In this document: positions 11,515 through 20,965 of the stretch, piece after piece
Layout: every line of letters starts with the position of its first letter
How positions within the stretch are numbered: the stretch's first letter is position 1
Assembly (NCBI GenBank): GCA_963845065.1
Contig: CAWJQQ010000006.1
Location: 256,001-320,000 of the forward strand
DNA: 64,000 nucleotides
Source of the DNA: Nitrospirota bacterium
GTDB taxonomy: Bacteria > Nitrospirota > UBA9217
Direction of reading: 5' to 3'
Notes under the pieces: generated by a model
What the model was told of the DNA's origin: nothing
The model's database searches: none
What the model saw: the letters and a program-made list of their open reading frames with translations, nothing else
Translations under genes and position numbers: made by a program

Positions 11515-11849
11515 AAGTTTCTCGTGTTCTGATGTTTTCTCTTTACGATGACGATGTTTTCCTTCGCCGGTCTGACCATGCCAAAATGTTTTACTGCAAG
11601 CTCTTCGATCCTCGCCGGGGAGGCCAAGCTCGATGCCTCGATCTGCAGGGAGCTGTTTTCGCGCCCTAGTTCCTGTTTCTCGTGTTCCAGGGAATCGATC
11701 TGATATCCGAGACGCATTATCTTAACCTTGCCGCCGACGTACAAAAGCAAGCCCGTGATGATAAGGAGAGTAACAACCACGCGCCGAAAATTTCCACGTC
11801 TGCTCCTCTCAAACACAAATGCTCCTATGTTGCCGATCGGCGCATGCAT
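11493..11849 (-). CDS. ftsL: Cell division protein FtsL
   Basis: One TM plus coiled coil, LASPARIEELA...GM; lies between rsmH and ftsI. Confidence 0.85.
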   Translation of the reverse strand: MHAPIGNIGAFVFERSRRGNFRRVVVTLLIITGLLLYVGGKVKIMRLGYQIDSLEHEKQELGRENSSLQIEASSLASPARIEELAVKHFGMVRPAKENIVIVKRKHQNTRNLWNDGEE

Positions 11850-11959
11850 ACGATAACTCTTTCTTTAATAAATTGACAGTTGCAAAAAACCCTATATGAT
11901 GAAGCTATAACCTTAGATGGATGATGACACCAATCTTCGATTTTCGATTTCCTATCATG

Positions 11960-12958
11960 TTATGGAAGTTTCTCTGCGGCCCTGAGCTTGGCGCTCCGTG
12001 ATGCGGGGTTCCTCTCAATTTCGTCTGGTCCCGCACTGATCGGCCGGCTCGTCAGTATCTTGAGCACTGGTTTTTTCCCGCACGAGCAAACTGGCATTTT
12101 GGGAGGGCAAATGCAACCTTTGGCAAAAACTGCAAAAGCCTGTTTTACGATGCGGTCCTCAAGCGAGTGAAACGAGATCGCCGCGAACCTTCCCCCGGGC
12201 TTCAGTAGGGAAATAATCTTATCTACTCCCTCCCGCAACGAACCAAGCTCGTCATTGACTGCAATACGCAGGGCCTGGAAGGTAAGTGTAGCTGGATGAA
12301 TACGCCGGGGAGGGTAACGAGGAAATACGCCCGAGATGATTTCTGCCAACTGGATCGTACTCGTGATAGCTCCCCGGACTCTCGCCCTAACAATGGCCTT
12401 CGCGATGGTGCCAGCCCTACGCTCTTCCCCGTATTCGCGGATTATCCTCGCAAGGTCGTCCTGCGAGAGGCTATTTACCAGGTCTGCCGCAGTCTGCAAC
12501 CTGCTTGTATCCATACGCATATCGAGCGGCCCCTCCAGCAGGAAACTAAAACCGCGTTCCGGCATTTTGACGTGAAACCATGAAATGCCGAGATCCAGTA
12601 GTACGCCGTCGACGAAATTAAATCCCAGTCTTGCCAGGACTTCGGGCAAGTCCCGGTAATTCGCCTTCTGTATTATTGCTCGCTTGCCATAAATCGCAAG
12701 TACCGCTTTCGCGCGTTCGACGGATTCGTTATCCTGATCCAACCCAATCAGGATGCCATCTGGCGCCGACCGTTTCAGTATCTCTGCAGCATGACCACCG
12801 GCTCCCACTGTCCCGTCGATATAAACGCCACCAGACCGCGGTGCGAGGAGGTCAACAGCTTCCTGGAGGAGAACGGGAATATGCTCTACCTTCGGAGCCA
12901 GTAGGTTGGCGTTCAGAGCATCTGTGCTTCCCTTTTTTCCCTTCAGATGAATTTTCAC
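11960..12958 (-). CDS. rsmH: 16S rRNA m4C1402 methyltransferase
   Basis: HIPVL, DGTVGAGGHA, PLDMRMD, SFHSLEDRIVK, NPASRSAKLR. Confidence 0.97.
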   Translation of the reverse strand: MKIHLKGKKGSTDALNANLLAPKVEHIPVLLQEAVDLLAPRSGGVYIDGTVGAGGHAAEILKRSAPDGILIGLDQDNESVERAKAVLAIYGKRAIIQKANYRDLPEVLARLGFNFVDGVLLDLGISWFHVKMPERGFSFLLEGPLDMRMDTSRLQTAADLVNSLSQDDLARIIREYGEERRAGTIAKAIVRARVRGAITSTIQLAEIISGVFPRYPPRRIHPATLTFQALRIAVNDELGSLREGVDKIISLLKPGGRFAAISFHSLEDRIVKQAFAVFAKGCICPPKMPVCSCGKKPVLKILTSRPISAGPDEIERNPASRSAKLRAAEKLP

Positions 12959-12974
12959 TTCGTACTCTGAAATT

Positions 12975-13334
12975 TTACAATCCCAACGGGAGGTTCGTTG
13001 CTGGCTTTGTCACTCCAAAGCTTTTTGCGGCCTGCTGGACCGTTTCGAAGACCTGAAACTCTTCAAGCACACCGGTGGTACGAAAAATATTTTTTATGTA
13101 ATCAGACAATGCTGCGAGCCGAATGTCACCGCCATATGACTGGAGCCGACGTTTTTCTTCGACCAGCGACTGCAGGATCGTAAACTGGATGTGTTCTGCT
13201 GACTCAAAGTTCAGTATCAGACCATACATCTCGCCCTTGATGAGTTGGCCAATCACCCGATTAATCTCCGCCATCTTTGCTGAGTCAATCTCGCCTTCCA
13301 GGTTCATCTGATATACTTTGAGTTTTTCGTCCAT
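12975..13334 (-). CDS. STAS-domain (anti-sigma-antagonist-like) protein
   Basis: LEGEID...LILNFESAEHI...GGDIRLAALSDYIKNIFRTTGV...F.VFETVQQA pattern typical of STAS; ATG 4 nt after the mraZ stop. Confidence 0.8.
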   Translation of the reverse strand: MDEKLKVYQMNLEGEIDSAKMAEINRVIGQLIKGEMYGLILNFESAEHIQFTILQSLVEEKRRLQSYGGDIRLAALSDYIKNIFRTTGVLEEFQVFETVQQAAKSFGVTKPATNLPLGL

Positions 13335-13338
13335 GTCG

Positions 13339-13773
13339 TTACAAGCCCAATGCGGCAAGCGCCTCGCCGATCTTGTCGCCATTCCGGTTATTGCGTGCCT
13401 CCCACGTCTTGGAGTCCCATATTTCTATCTTGTCAATGATCCCGACGAGCATCACGTTTTTGGTTATCCCTGCATGTTCTCGGTGCGGCGGCGGAATAAG
13501 GATTCTGCCCTGTTTATCGAGTTCGCATTCTGTAGCCGACGAAAGCAGGAAACGTCTGAAGTCCTTGACCTCTTGCTTCATCAGAGAAAGTGTCTTAATC
13601 TTCTCCTCGAGCCGCTCCCATTCTTCGAGCGGATAGACTGTGAGACAGCGATCATAGTCCATCGCGAGTACCAACCTCCCGTCATAACGGTCCGAGATGA
13701 TATCACGAAATTTTGAGGGCACGCTAACTCTGCCTTTGGAATCAACGGTATGTTCGAAACTGCCTCTGAACAT
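13339..13773 (-). CDS. mraZ: Division/cell wall cluster transcriptional repressor
   Basis: MFRGSFEHTVDSKGRVSVP, DKQGRILIP; GGAGG RBS. Confidence 0.96.
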   Translation of the reverse strand: MFRGSFEHTVDSKGRVSVPSKFRDIISDRYDGRLVLAMDYDRCLTVYPLEEWERLEEKIKTLSLMKQEVKDFRRFLLSSATECELDKQGRILIPPPHREHAGITKNVMLVGIIDKIEIWDSKTWEARNNRNGDKIGEALAALGL

Positions 13774-13789
13774 ATCCCTCCTTAGAGTA

Positions 13790-13814
13790 CCCACTGCTTC
13801 CCACTTTATACCAC
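13790..13814 (-). promoter_or_regulatory. MraZ operator: three GTGG(G) boxes at 10-bp spacing
   Basis: + strand cccac (13790), cccac (13800), accac (13810) between the promoter and the mraZ RBS. Confidence 0.8.
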
Positions 13815-13825
13815 CTGTTGGTCGA

Positions 13826-13854
13826 AGTATATATTTCATATCTGGCAATGTCAA
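13826..13854 (-). promoter_or_regulatory. sigma70 promoter of the dcw operon
   Basis: TTGACA-17 nt-TATACT on the minus strand. Confidence 0.8.
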
Positions 13855-13956
13855 GAAAAATATTAATTTTTAGTGTGTTACATGGTGGGTAATAATCATT
13901 GTATTTCTACTTTATTAGCGTGACAACATTCCAATAAAAAAGTAATATGGGAAGCT

Positions 13957-14262
13957 ATGAGTGCCGATTATTTCATCACTGTCAATGACGAGCATATTAA
14001 GCGTGAGAAGGCTAGGGCGAGGGATTTACGCAATTCACAATGGTGGAAACGGAAACGTTCTGCGGGAATCTGTTACTACTGCAGAAAAACTTTCAAGCCT
14101 GCTGACCTGACGATGGATCATCTGATACCAATCGCACGCGGTGGGAAATCCGTGCAGGGGAACCTCGTTCCTGCGTGCAAAGACTGCAACAACAAAAAAA
14201 AATGTCTCCTCCCCATGGAGTGGGAGGAGTATCTTAATGCCTTGCAACTTGACAAACTATAA
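13957..14262 (+). CDS. Stand-alone HNH endonuclease family protein
   Basis: CYYC...TMDHLIPIARGG...NLVPACKDCNNKK. Confidence 0.88.
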   Translation: MSADYFITVNDEHIKREKARARDLRNSQWWKRKRSAGICYYCRKTFKPADLTMDHLIPIARGGKSVQGNLVPACKDCNNKKKCLLPMEWEEYLNALQLDKL

Positions 14263-14329
14263 TTTTGTCATCCATATAAGGCAACATAAAAACGACAGGT
14301 TAGTCTTCTAAACACCTCACTATCGCTGC

Positions 14330-14866
14330 TTAGCCCATTTCCATCTTCCTTACCCAGTCCACCCTAGCAAGCTTATTGTCATGCGACCATCGGTAGCTCA
14401 CATCACCATGAAACGCTTTTTTAATTGCACGCCCTATACGCTGCGCGAGTTTCTCGTTTGTGGTGGAAATCACGATGCTTCCGAACCCGTTCTCCTTCAC
14501 GGCAATCACCCGTTCGAGCGGATTTAATCCGCGCGCCCGTTCCTCCTCATTCCTCACCAAGTTCATCAGGCCCGTCTTGTGGGGAAGCACATAGTCCCCT
14601 TTTAGCGTCACAATACCGCCTGGGAAATTATCCCGAATTTTCATACACGCCGGACATACCACGGTCACTATCTCGGGCTTTTTCTTTGCTGTCGTGTACA
14701 CCATGCTGTCGGCATACCACCTCTTGTTCATGTATACCGCCTGGCAACCCTCGCAAAGGGAAACACTCCTGCTTGCACCCCGCGGCAGATAGGGATCGTT
14801 TGTGGATGATTTCTTTTTGTATGTCTGTTTGTACGTTCGATCTACTTTTTTACCCACCATCTTCAT
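14330..14866 (-). CDS. BCAM0308-family / NMD3-like zinc-ribbon protein
   Basis: DPY, CEGC..Y..KRW, CPAC.KIRD.FPGG, NPLER, TTNEKLAQRIGRA. Confidence 0.7.
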   Translation of the reverse strand: MKMVGKKVDRTYKQTYKKKSSTNDPYLPRGASRSVSLCEGCQAVYMNKRWYADSMVYTTAKKKPEIVTVVCPACMKIRDNFPGGIVTLKGDYVLPHKTGLMNLVRNEEERARGLNPLERVIAVKENGFGSIVISTTNEKLAQRIGRAIKKAFHGDVSYRWSHDNKLARVDWVRKMEMG

Positions 14867-14913
14867 AAGGACCGCCTCCTTCATCAGGGTCAAAACTCCC
14901 CTCGGTTTTTCGT

Positions 14914-15129
14914 TCATTTCAGCTTCCTCTGTATCTCGGGATACTGTTTCTTAAACTCAGGGATGTTCCGCGCAAGGAACAGTTTAAGAGCTTTAATCTC
15001 CGCCTGAATGTCCATGATCTCTTCGGCGGTCTCATTTTCACGCTTCCTCAGCATGTCGGCCAGATTGGACAGGGCCTTCTCCTGGATCTTAATCCGCTCC
15101 ACACCGCTGCCCTCCACTTTGTTGATCAT
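14914..15129 (-). CDS. Small coiled-coil hypothetical protein
   Basis: 71-aa ORF with GAGGTG RBS, co-oriented with neighbours. Confidence 0.6.
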   Translation of the reverse strand: MINKVEGSGVERIKIQEKALSNLADMLRKRENETAEEIMDIQAEIKALKLFLARNIPEFKKQYPEIQRKLK

Positions 15130-15147
15130 AGTTCACCTCGTTTACGA

Positions 15148-15459
15148 TCATTTTTTCAGTACCATTCCGAGTTTCTGTTCCACCGATTCTAGTTTCTTGT
15201 CCATCCGTGCGTCACTGCCTTTACGGTCATCGATTTTGATCGTCGTGATCGTCCGCTCCGCATCCTGCATCACGAGGTCATGACAGTTCTTTACTACACT
15301 CATTACAGCATCCCACTCTCCTTCAAGTATGGTCCCCATTGCATTGGCGCGGTAGCTAACACCGCTTGCAACCACAATTTTCATAATTTCTGCAATAACT
15401 GGACTTATGCTTACTTTCGTCCCCAACGGCACAATACTAAATTCAACCATCGTGCTCAT
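15148..15459 (-). CDS. MTH1187/YkoF-like thiamine-binding family protein
   Basis: EFSIVPLG, MGTILEGEWD, IKIDDRKG...K..SVE. Confidence 0.88.
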   Translation of the reverse strand: MSTMVEFSIVPLGTKVSISPVIAEIMKIVVASGVSYRANAMGTILEGEWDAVMSVVKNCHDLVMQDAERTITTIKIDDRKGSDARMDKKLESVEQKLGMVLKK

Positions 15460-15704
15460 GCACTTTCCTCTCCATTGTCCAGAATTAGAGATTCACCTTA
15501 AATTAACACAACATACCCTATTCCTACCTAAAGTATAGCCCTTGACCCCGGCAATGTAAAGACGACAAGTACTCGTTATTCCATTGAAAAATGAAGTTGT
15601 CTGTGTCATAATCTGCGCTGACTGCAAATATCTTCACCAAGTCGCAAGAGTACTACCATACCTGTTTAATGTCCTAAACAAAGGCTAAAACGATGTGTTT
15701 TTAT

Positions 15705-16472
15705 ATGAAAATAATCGGAATCGTACCCCTCCTCCTCGCGTACTTTCTTATTTCCTGTGCCATCGCGCTGTTGCCGTTGGTAGCCCGGCTTCAAAGAATT
15801 CTTCTTATAAAAAATGTATCTTTTTTTTCCCGCATTGTGCTTTCCTTGCTAGGTGTACGTATTCATGTCAGCCATCGTGAGCGTTTGCCAAAGTTAAGCT
15901 CCGGTTTACTTATCGTTTCCAACCACACTTCTTATATTGATGTTCTAGTCATCGCATCGCTGACGCCCGCCGTTTTTATTACATCAGTGGAGCTCGGCAG
16001 TACGTTCTTTTTCGGTATGCTCGCGCGCCTCGGCGGGAGCATTTTCGTGGAACGAAGAAATCCATTCGGTCTCAAGAAGGAGATAGCGATGATTGCGCGC
16101 GTAATCGCAGATGGATTCACGGTGGTACTCTTCCCCGAAGGAACCACATCCAATGGAGAACGTATACAACCCTTCAAAAATTCGCTTTTTGACGCTGCAG
16201 TGACAGCAGGAACCGACGTCCTTCCGGTCTGCTTGCGCTACACTAAAATAAATGGCGGAGCTTTGACCCCGCATAATCGTGGGAGTATATTTTATTACGG
16301 CGACGAAACCTTTTTCAGGCATTTCCCAAAATTATTAATGCTGAAATCCGTTGACGTTGATGTCATCCCGCTGAATAGCATAAAGGTTCGTGATCATGCC
16401 TCGCGAAAAGAGTTTGCTTTAGCAGCACATTCTGCCATCAGCTCAGCATACAACCATGGGGTGAAAGTTTAA
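15705..16472 (+). CDS. Lysophospholipid acyltransferase (PlsC family)
   Basis: NHTSYID (NHxxxxD) and FPEGT motifs. Confidence 0.88.
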   Translation: MKIIGIVPLLLAYFLISCAIALLPLVARLQRILLIKNVSFFSRIVLSLLGVRIHVSHRERLPKLSSGLLIVSNHTSYIDVLVIASLTPAVFITSVELGSTFFFGMLARLGGSIFVERRNPFGLKKEIAMIARVIADGFTVVLFPEGTTSNGERIQPFKNSLFDAAVTAGTDVLPVCLRYTKINGGALTPHNRGSIFYYGDETFFRHFPKLLMLKSVDVDVIPLNSIKVRDHASRKEFALAAHSAISSAYNHGVKV

Positions 16473-16507
16473 TGCTGCCATCACCGACTCACACAAGGAG
16501 ATTAACT

Positions 16508-16903
16508 ATGAAGCTGACAATGTTCTTCCTGTCCATAATATTATTCATTGCCGTTGGCCCGTTAGCATCGTACTCAGTAGAAATTGAACATGCTTCTTCG
16601 GAGCGGCAATTGCCGCAAGAAAAGAAAAAATATGAAAACAATATGGAAGAGCGACTAGCGAGACTCGGCAAGCAACTTGATGAAATAAACGCAAAGGCTG
16701 CTGTTATGACGGAGCAGGCCCACAAAGACATGAACCAGTACCTTAACGATGCTAAGAAAAAGCAAAAGATAGCCCTGCGTAAACTTCAACATATTCGAAA
16801 AGAATCAGCCGAGAAATGGAAGCAATTTATTTCTGAGATGGATGCAGCGGCGGATAATTTTGCAAAAGCCTACGAAAAGGCGAGATCACACATTAAGGAA
16901 TAA
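16508..16903 (+). CDS. Secreted coiled-coil hypothetical protein
   Basis: AAGGAG RBS, signal-peptide-like N-terminus, helical K/E-rich body. Confidence 0.65.
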   Translation: MKLTMFFLSIILFIAVGPLASYSVEIEHASSERQLPQEKKKYENNMEERLARLGKQLDEINAKAAVMTEQAHKDMNQYLNDAKKKQKIALRKLQHIRKESAEKWKQFISEMDAAADNFAKAYEKARSHIKE

Positions 16904-16993
16904 CGCCGAGCCTTTCAAAGTCAAAACACTTGACATTTCGTTTCTTAGTTGTTAATTTACAAGGCTTGCCCAAGAGAGGCATTACGCTTAAAA

Positions 16994-18598
16994 ATGGATT
17001 ACTCAGACGAAATAAGCAAACGACGAACCTTTGCCATAATCAGCCATCCCGATGCAGGAAAAACAACGCTTACCGAAAAGTTCTTACTCTTCGGCGGTGC
17101 AATCCAGGTTGCGGGCGCAGTAAAATCGAACAAAATCAGAAAGAGCACGGCCTCCGATTTTATGGACATCGAGCGCCAACGCGGCATTTCTGTTGCCACG
17201 TCGGTCATGGGCTTTGACTACAACGGGCTTAAGATCAACCTTCTCGATACGCCGGGTCACAAAGATTTCGCCGAGGACACTTATCGAACGCTTACGGCCG
17301 TTGACAGCGTTATACTCGTTGTTGACTGCGTGAAGGGAGTGGAAGAACAGACTGAAAAGCTCATGCAAGTCTGCCGCATGCGCAACACGCCTGTCATTAT
17401 TTTTGTGAACAAGCTTGACCGTGAAGGTAAACACCCTTTCGAACTTCTTGATGAGCTTGAAGTGAGGCTCTCGATCAAGGTTCATCCGCTTTCCTGGCCA
17501 ATAAGCATGGGCACGTCCTTCAAGGGGGTATACAACCTTTACAATCACAGCCTGTACCTCTTCCGTCCCGGTGGTGTCACGCTCGCCGATGATGTACTTA
17601 CTATCAAGGGCATTGCTGACCCGGTACTCGACCAACAGCTCGGCGACTATGCTGTGCAGCTCCGTGAAGATGTAGAACTGATCGAAGGAACGCACAATCC
17701 CTTTGACGTCGATGCATATCTGCGCGGTGAGCTTGCGCCCGTATTCTTCGGCAGCGCCATAAATAACTTCGGTGTCAAAGAGCTTCTCGATACCTTTACC
17801 CAGATCGCTCCCATTCCGGGAAGCCGCCCCACTGATCAGCGCATAGTTAACGCATACGAGAAATTTTTTACCGGATTTGTGTTTAAGATTCACGCGAACC
17901 TGGACCCTCGTCACCGCGACCGCATCGCCTTCATTCGCGTCTGCTCCGGTAAGTTTGAGCGTAACAAGATGTTCCTCCATGTGCGTCTCGGCAAAAACAT
18001 ACGCTTCACGAGCCCGGCAAGCTTTCTGGGAGCTCGCAAGAGCATTGTAGATGAGGCTTTTCCCGGAGACGTGATCGGTTTGTATGATACAGGAAACTTC
18101 AAGATCGGCGACACACTCACGGAAGGAGAGAAGCTGATGTTCCAGGGCATCCCCACCTTTTCTCCGGAGGTGTTTAAAGAGCTCGTGAACCTCGACCCGT
18201 CTAAGTCAAAGCAGCTTTCAAAAGGCATCGAGCAACTTACCGACGAGGGTGTTGCCCAGCTCTTTACACAACAGCAGGGAAATCGGAAGATTATCGGCAC
18301 AGTTGGTCAGCTCCAGTTCGATGTGCTCCAATACCGTTTAGAGCACGAATACGGCGCCAAATGCCGGTTTGACCAGATGTCCATTTACAAGGCATGCTGG
18401 ATCACGGCAACCGATGAAAAAGAAATTGATAAATTTTGCAAATTTAAGTCTGACCGCGTTGCAACGGATAAGGATAGCAACCTTGTATTTCTCGCCGAGT
18501 CGGAATGGGTTTTGCGAAATATGATCGAAGCCTATCCTAAAATTAATTTTCACTTCACATCAGAATTCAAGAGAGAAATGCTGGTAATAAAGAAATAA
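16994..18598 (+). CDS. prfC: Peptide chain release factor 3
   Basis: [32 protein letters not shown]. Confidence 0.97.
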   Translation: MDYSDEISKRRTFAIISHPDAGKTTLTEKFLLFGGAIQVAGAVKSNKIRKSTASDFMDIERQRGISVATSVMGFDYNGLKINLLDTPGHKDFAEDTYRTLTAVDSVILVVDCVKGVEEQTEKLMQVCRMRNTPVIIFVNKLDREGKHPFELLDELEVRLSIKVHPLSWPISMGTSFKGVYNLYNHSLYLFRPGGVTLADDVLTIKGIADPVLDQQLGDYAVQLREDVELIEGTHNPFDVDAYLRGELAPVFFGSAINNFGVKELLDTFTQIAPIPGSRPTDQRIVNAYEKFFTGFVFKIHANLDPRHRDRIAFIRVCSGKFERNKMFLHVRLGKNIRFTSPASFLGARKSIVDEAFPGDVIGLYDTGNFKIGDTLTEGEKLMFQGIPTFSPEVFKELVNLDPSKSKQLSKGIEQLTDEGVAQLFTQQQGNRKIIGTVGQLQFDVLQYRLEHEYGAKCRFDQMSIYKACWITATDEKEIDKFCKFKSDRVATDKDSNLVFLAESEWVLRNMIEAYPKINFHFTSEFKREMLVIKK

Positions 18599-19077
18599 CG
18601 CTGAATAGGGTATCGCGCAAGGGCAAAACCGCTCGCTCCGGAAAGCTCACATCAAATTATCCCCCGCAATTACTGCCTTTCTTTTAATATACATCGTCTT
18701 GTCAATCGCAGCATGTACAACACCTTCAGCATCGATGAGTTCAGCGTGATACACGCGTTCAACTGATGGCAGAGTGGTGAGAGCGGCCATGGTGGTGTTG
18801 ATCTCTTCATCGGTAATGACAAACTTTGCGAATAGCGTGTCGGTCCCCGGTTTTTTGAACCGTATTGATGCCACCTTGTCCCACACAATGTACTCTGGGA
18901 CTAGGATCTTGATAAGCATTACCATGTAGATCGGATCAATGGAGTCATACATACTCCCACCGTAAATCGTTCCAACGTAGTTTCGCGTCCGCCAGTTAAG
19001 CTGCAATTTGACACGGACTTCTCGCCAATCACTCGCGATATAGGTGATTCGTCCGCCCGTGCCCCGGTACGCAGTAA

Positions 19078-19636
19078 GTGAATTACCCCGCAGCAGAGCT
19101 GCGGGGCATCCTAAAATCGCTAGAACCTAAAACCAATTTGCTCATCATGCTGATACTGAATATACTTTCTGATAACTTCTGCCATTACTTTGTCGCCAAC
19201 CGAACGGACAAAGTAACCATCATTCCAGAGTTCCCCTCCTCAAAGCTTTTTCTTCATCTCGGGTAATTCTTGAAACATTATCTTCGCGGATATACTTTTG
19301 ACTATCTGCACTACCCTCGCCGGAGCATACTTCGGTGGCACAACCAAAAACAAATGCGCGTGATCATCCATTACTTCCATCGTGTCTATCTCAAATTCAT
19401 ATTGTTCTGCGATCTCGCGAAATATCTCTTTCAGTCTTTTCGTCATTCGATCGGTGAACAGTTTTTTCCGATATTCTGGTGTCCATACAAAATGGTACTT
19501 CAGATCATAGACACTATGTTTGCTTCTTCTCAATGGGCTCATGGCCCGTATTGTAACAGATTCTCATCCTGACTTCGTCAGGATTGTCCTTTTCATCCCA
19601 GCAGTAGAACTGCTGGGTATTCAAGGCCAGATTTTT
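19078..19636 (-). mobile_element. IS200/IS605-family element (tnpA only, 559 bp)
   Basis: Subterminal hairpins ccccgcagc-agag-ctgcgggg and cccagcagt-aga-actgctggg; inserted 3' of TTTAT, ends in TCAC, no target duplication. Confidence 0.9.
19120..19542 (-). pseudogene. tnpA: Y1 HUH transposase TnpA with in-frame TGA
   Basis: YHFVW.P.YR, DHAH (HUH); KKL*GGELWNDGYFVRSVG...IRKYI continues past the stop at 19240-19242. Confidence 0.88.
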
Positions 19637-20013
19637 ATAAATTAAAACCCCAACGTAAGATTTTTGTTTTGAACGATTCGGGCATAGCGCACGACTCCTC
19701 CGCCATCACTGTCAGACCTGTTTGTTTCCAAACTCATGCTGCATTTTACTGTAAGTCTTTACCGATTACAATCTCAGCCAACAAGGATCCCCACAATCCA
19801 CTATTGATGTTATCTTCTGATGTTATCTTCTTGATTTTACGTCACGACGGTGATATGCTGTTTCATCTTTCGACACTTGAAAAGCCAGTGGCTACCATCG
19901 TACGATGCTTGAGATATCAGCGTCTGTGATTTAGATTATTATCTAACCCACCATAGGTGAGGGCATCGGACGGCGCCACAAATAGACTTAATGCTGACGC
20001 ATTCGTACAACCT

Positions 20014-20703
20014 ATGCTCGTTGACTATTTAAAGAACATACCCCTTTTCAAACATTTCAAGGATTCTCAGCTGAAAGAAATAGCTGCACGTTGCAAAAGT
20101 GCCCAATTCAAAAAGGGCGACGTGATCTTTCACAAGACCGACCTGAGCACTGATCTGTACATAGTGAATTCGGGGAAGCTGAAAGCGCTTCTGGTTGACG
20201 AAGAAGGTGACGAGATCGTACTGGCGCAATTCGAAAAAGGCTCGTTCTTCGGTGAACTCAGCCTGCTCGACGGGAAGCCAAGATCCGCCACGATCGTGGT
20301 GGAAAAAGACGCAGAACTTTCCATCTTGAAAAAAGATATGTTCTTCGACATCCTCTACCAAGATCCCCGCATCGCCGTTGAACTCATAGCGACACTCGTC
20401 GAAAGGCTCCGGAAAGCCGACGAAATGATCGAATCCCTCGCCTTCCTCGAAGTCGGCGAGCGGCTTATCAAATCACTGCTCGATCATGCAACTCCTGTAG
20501 TAGGCACCGTATCATCGGGCGGCTATCTCAAAGCCGGGAAATTGACGCACAAAGAACTTGCTGCACGCATCGGCTCGTCCCGAGAAGCCGTGTCCAAGTG
20601 CCTCAAAGTGCTTATGGCGAAGGCCGTCGTAAAAGAGGCAGATGGCCATATCCTGATAGTGCACAATGCGCTCGAACGCCTCAAGGAACACGAGCGAGCG
20701 TAG
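20014..20703 (+). CDS. Crp/Fnr family transcriptional regulator
   Basis: FFGELSLLDGKPRSAT cNMP pocket; LTHKELAARIGSSREAVS HTH. Confidence 0.92.
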   Translation: MLVDYLKNIPLFKHFKDSQLKEIAARCKSAQFKKGDVIFHKTDLSTDLYIVNSGKLKALLVDEEGDEIVLAQFEKGSFFGELSLLDGKPRSATIVVEKDAELSILKKDMFFDILYQDPRIAVELIATLVERLRKADEMIESLAFLEVGERLIKSLLDHATPVVGTVSSGGYLKAGKLTHKELAARIGSSREAVSKCLKVLMAKAVVKEADGHILIVHNALERLKEHERA

Positions 20704-20965
20704 GAGATCGAAGTTCCTTGCCGGTTCCCTGAGCTATCTGTGCTCGTTCTACTTTTCCTCTCCACTCCCTTTGCAGGAAATAATACCACCGGTAGTATCC
20801 ACTCAACTGGCTAGAAACCCGATGCATTCATAGTCTTAAAAAAATGAGCCAACGTGCAGACAAACTCGCTTGAATTGTTTGTAAAACTCATCCCGGCACA
20901 ACTCGCAAAAAAAATCCCCTGCCGACGCCGGGAGGGGATAGGATAAGTTAACCAATACAACGCTG

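Larger units (their letters stand above)
18647..19685 (-). pseudogene. DUF4442/hotdog-fold thioesterase gene split by IS200
   Basis: 19685-19637 (MPESFKTKILRWGFNL) plus 19077-18647 rejoin in frame as ...FNLFTAYRGTGGRITYIASDWREVRV...NYVGTIYGG; 480 nt in total. Confidence 0.85.

Noticed and set aside
13957..14262. HNH as a homing endonuclease or defence system
   Set aside because: No intron, methylase or other defence context; it looks like a stand-alone chromosomal HNH family.
19240..19242. TGA at a conserved Trp position in tnpA as a sign of genetic code 4 or recoding
   Set aside because: Core genes such as murE, ftsI, argJ and pdxA end at TGA at their expected C-termini, and Trp is TGG elsewhere; this is a simple nonsense mutation.
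19078..19572. Plus-strand ORFs MNYPAAELRGI... and MKHYLRG...
   Set aside because: Antisense readings of the IS end hairpin and tnpA.
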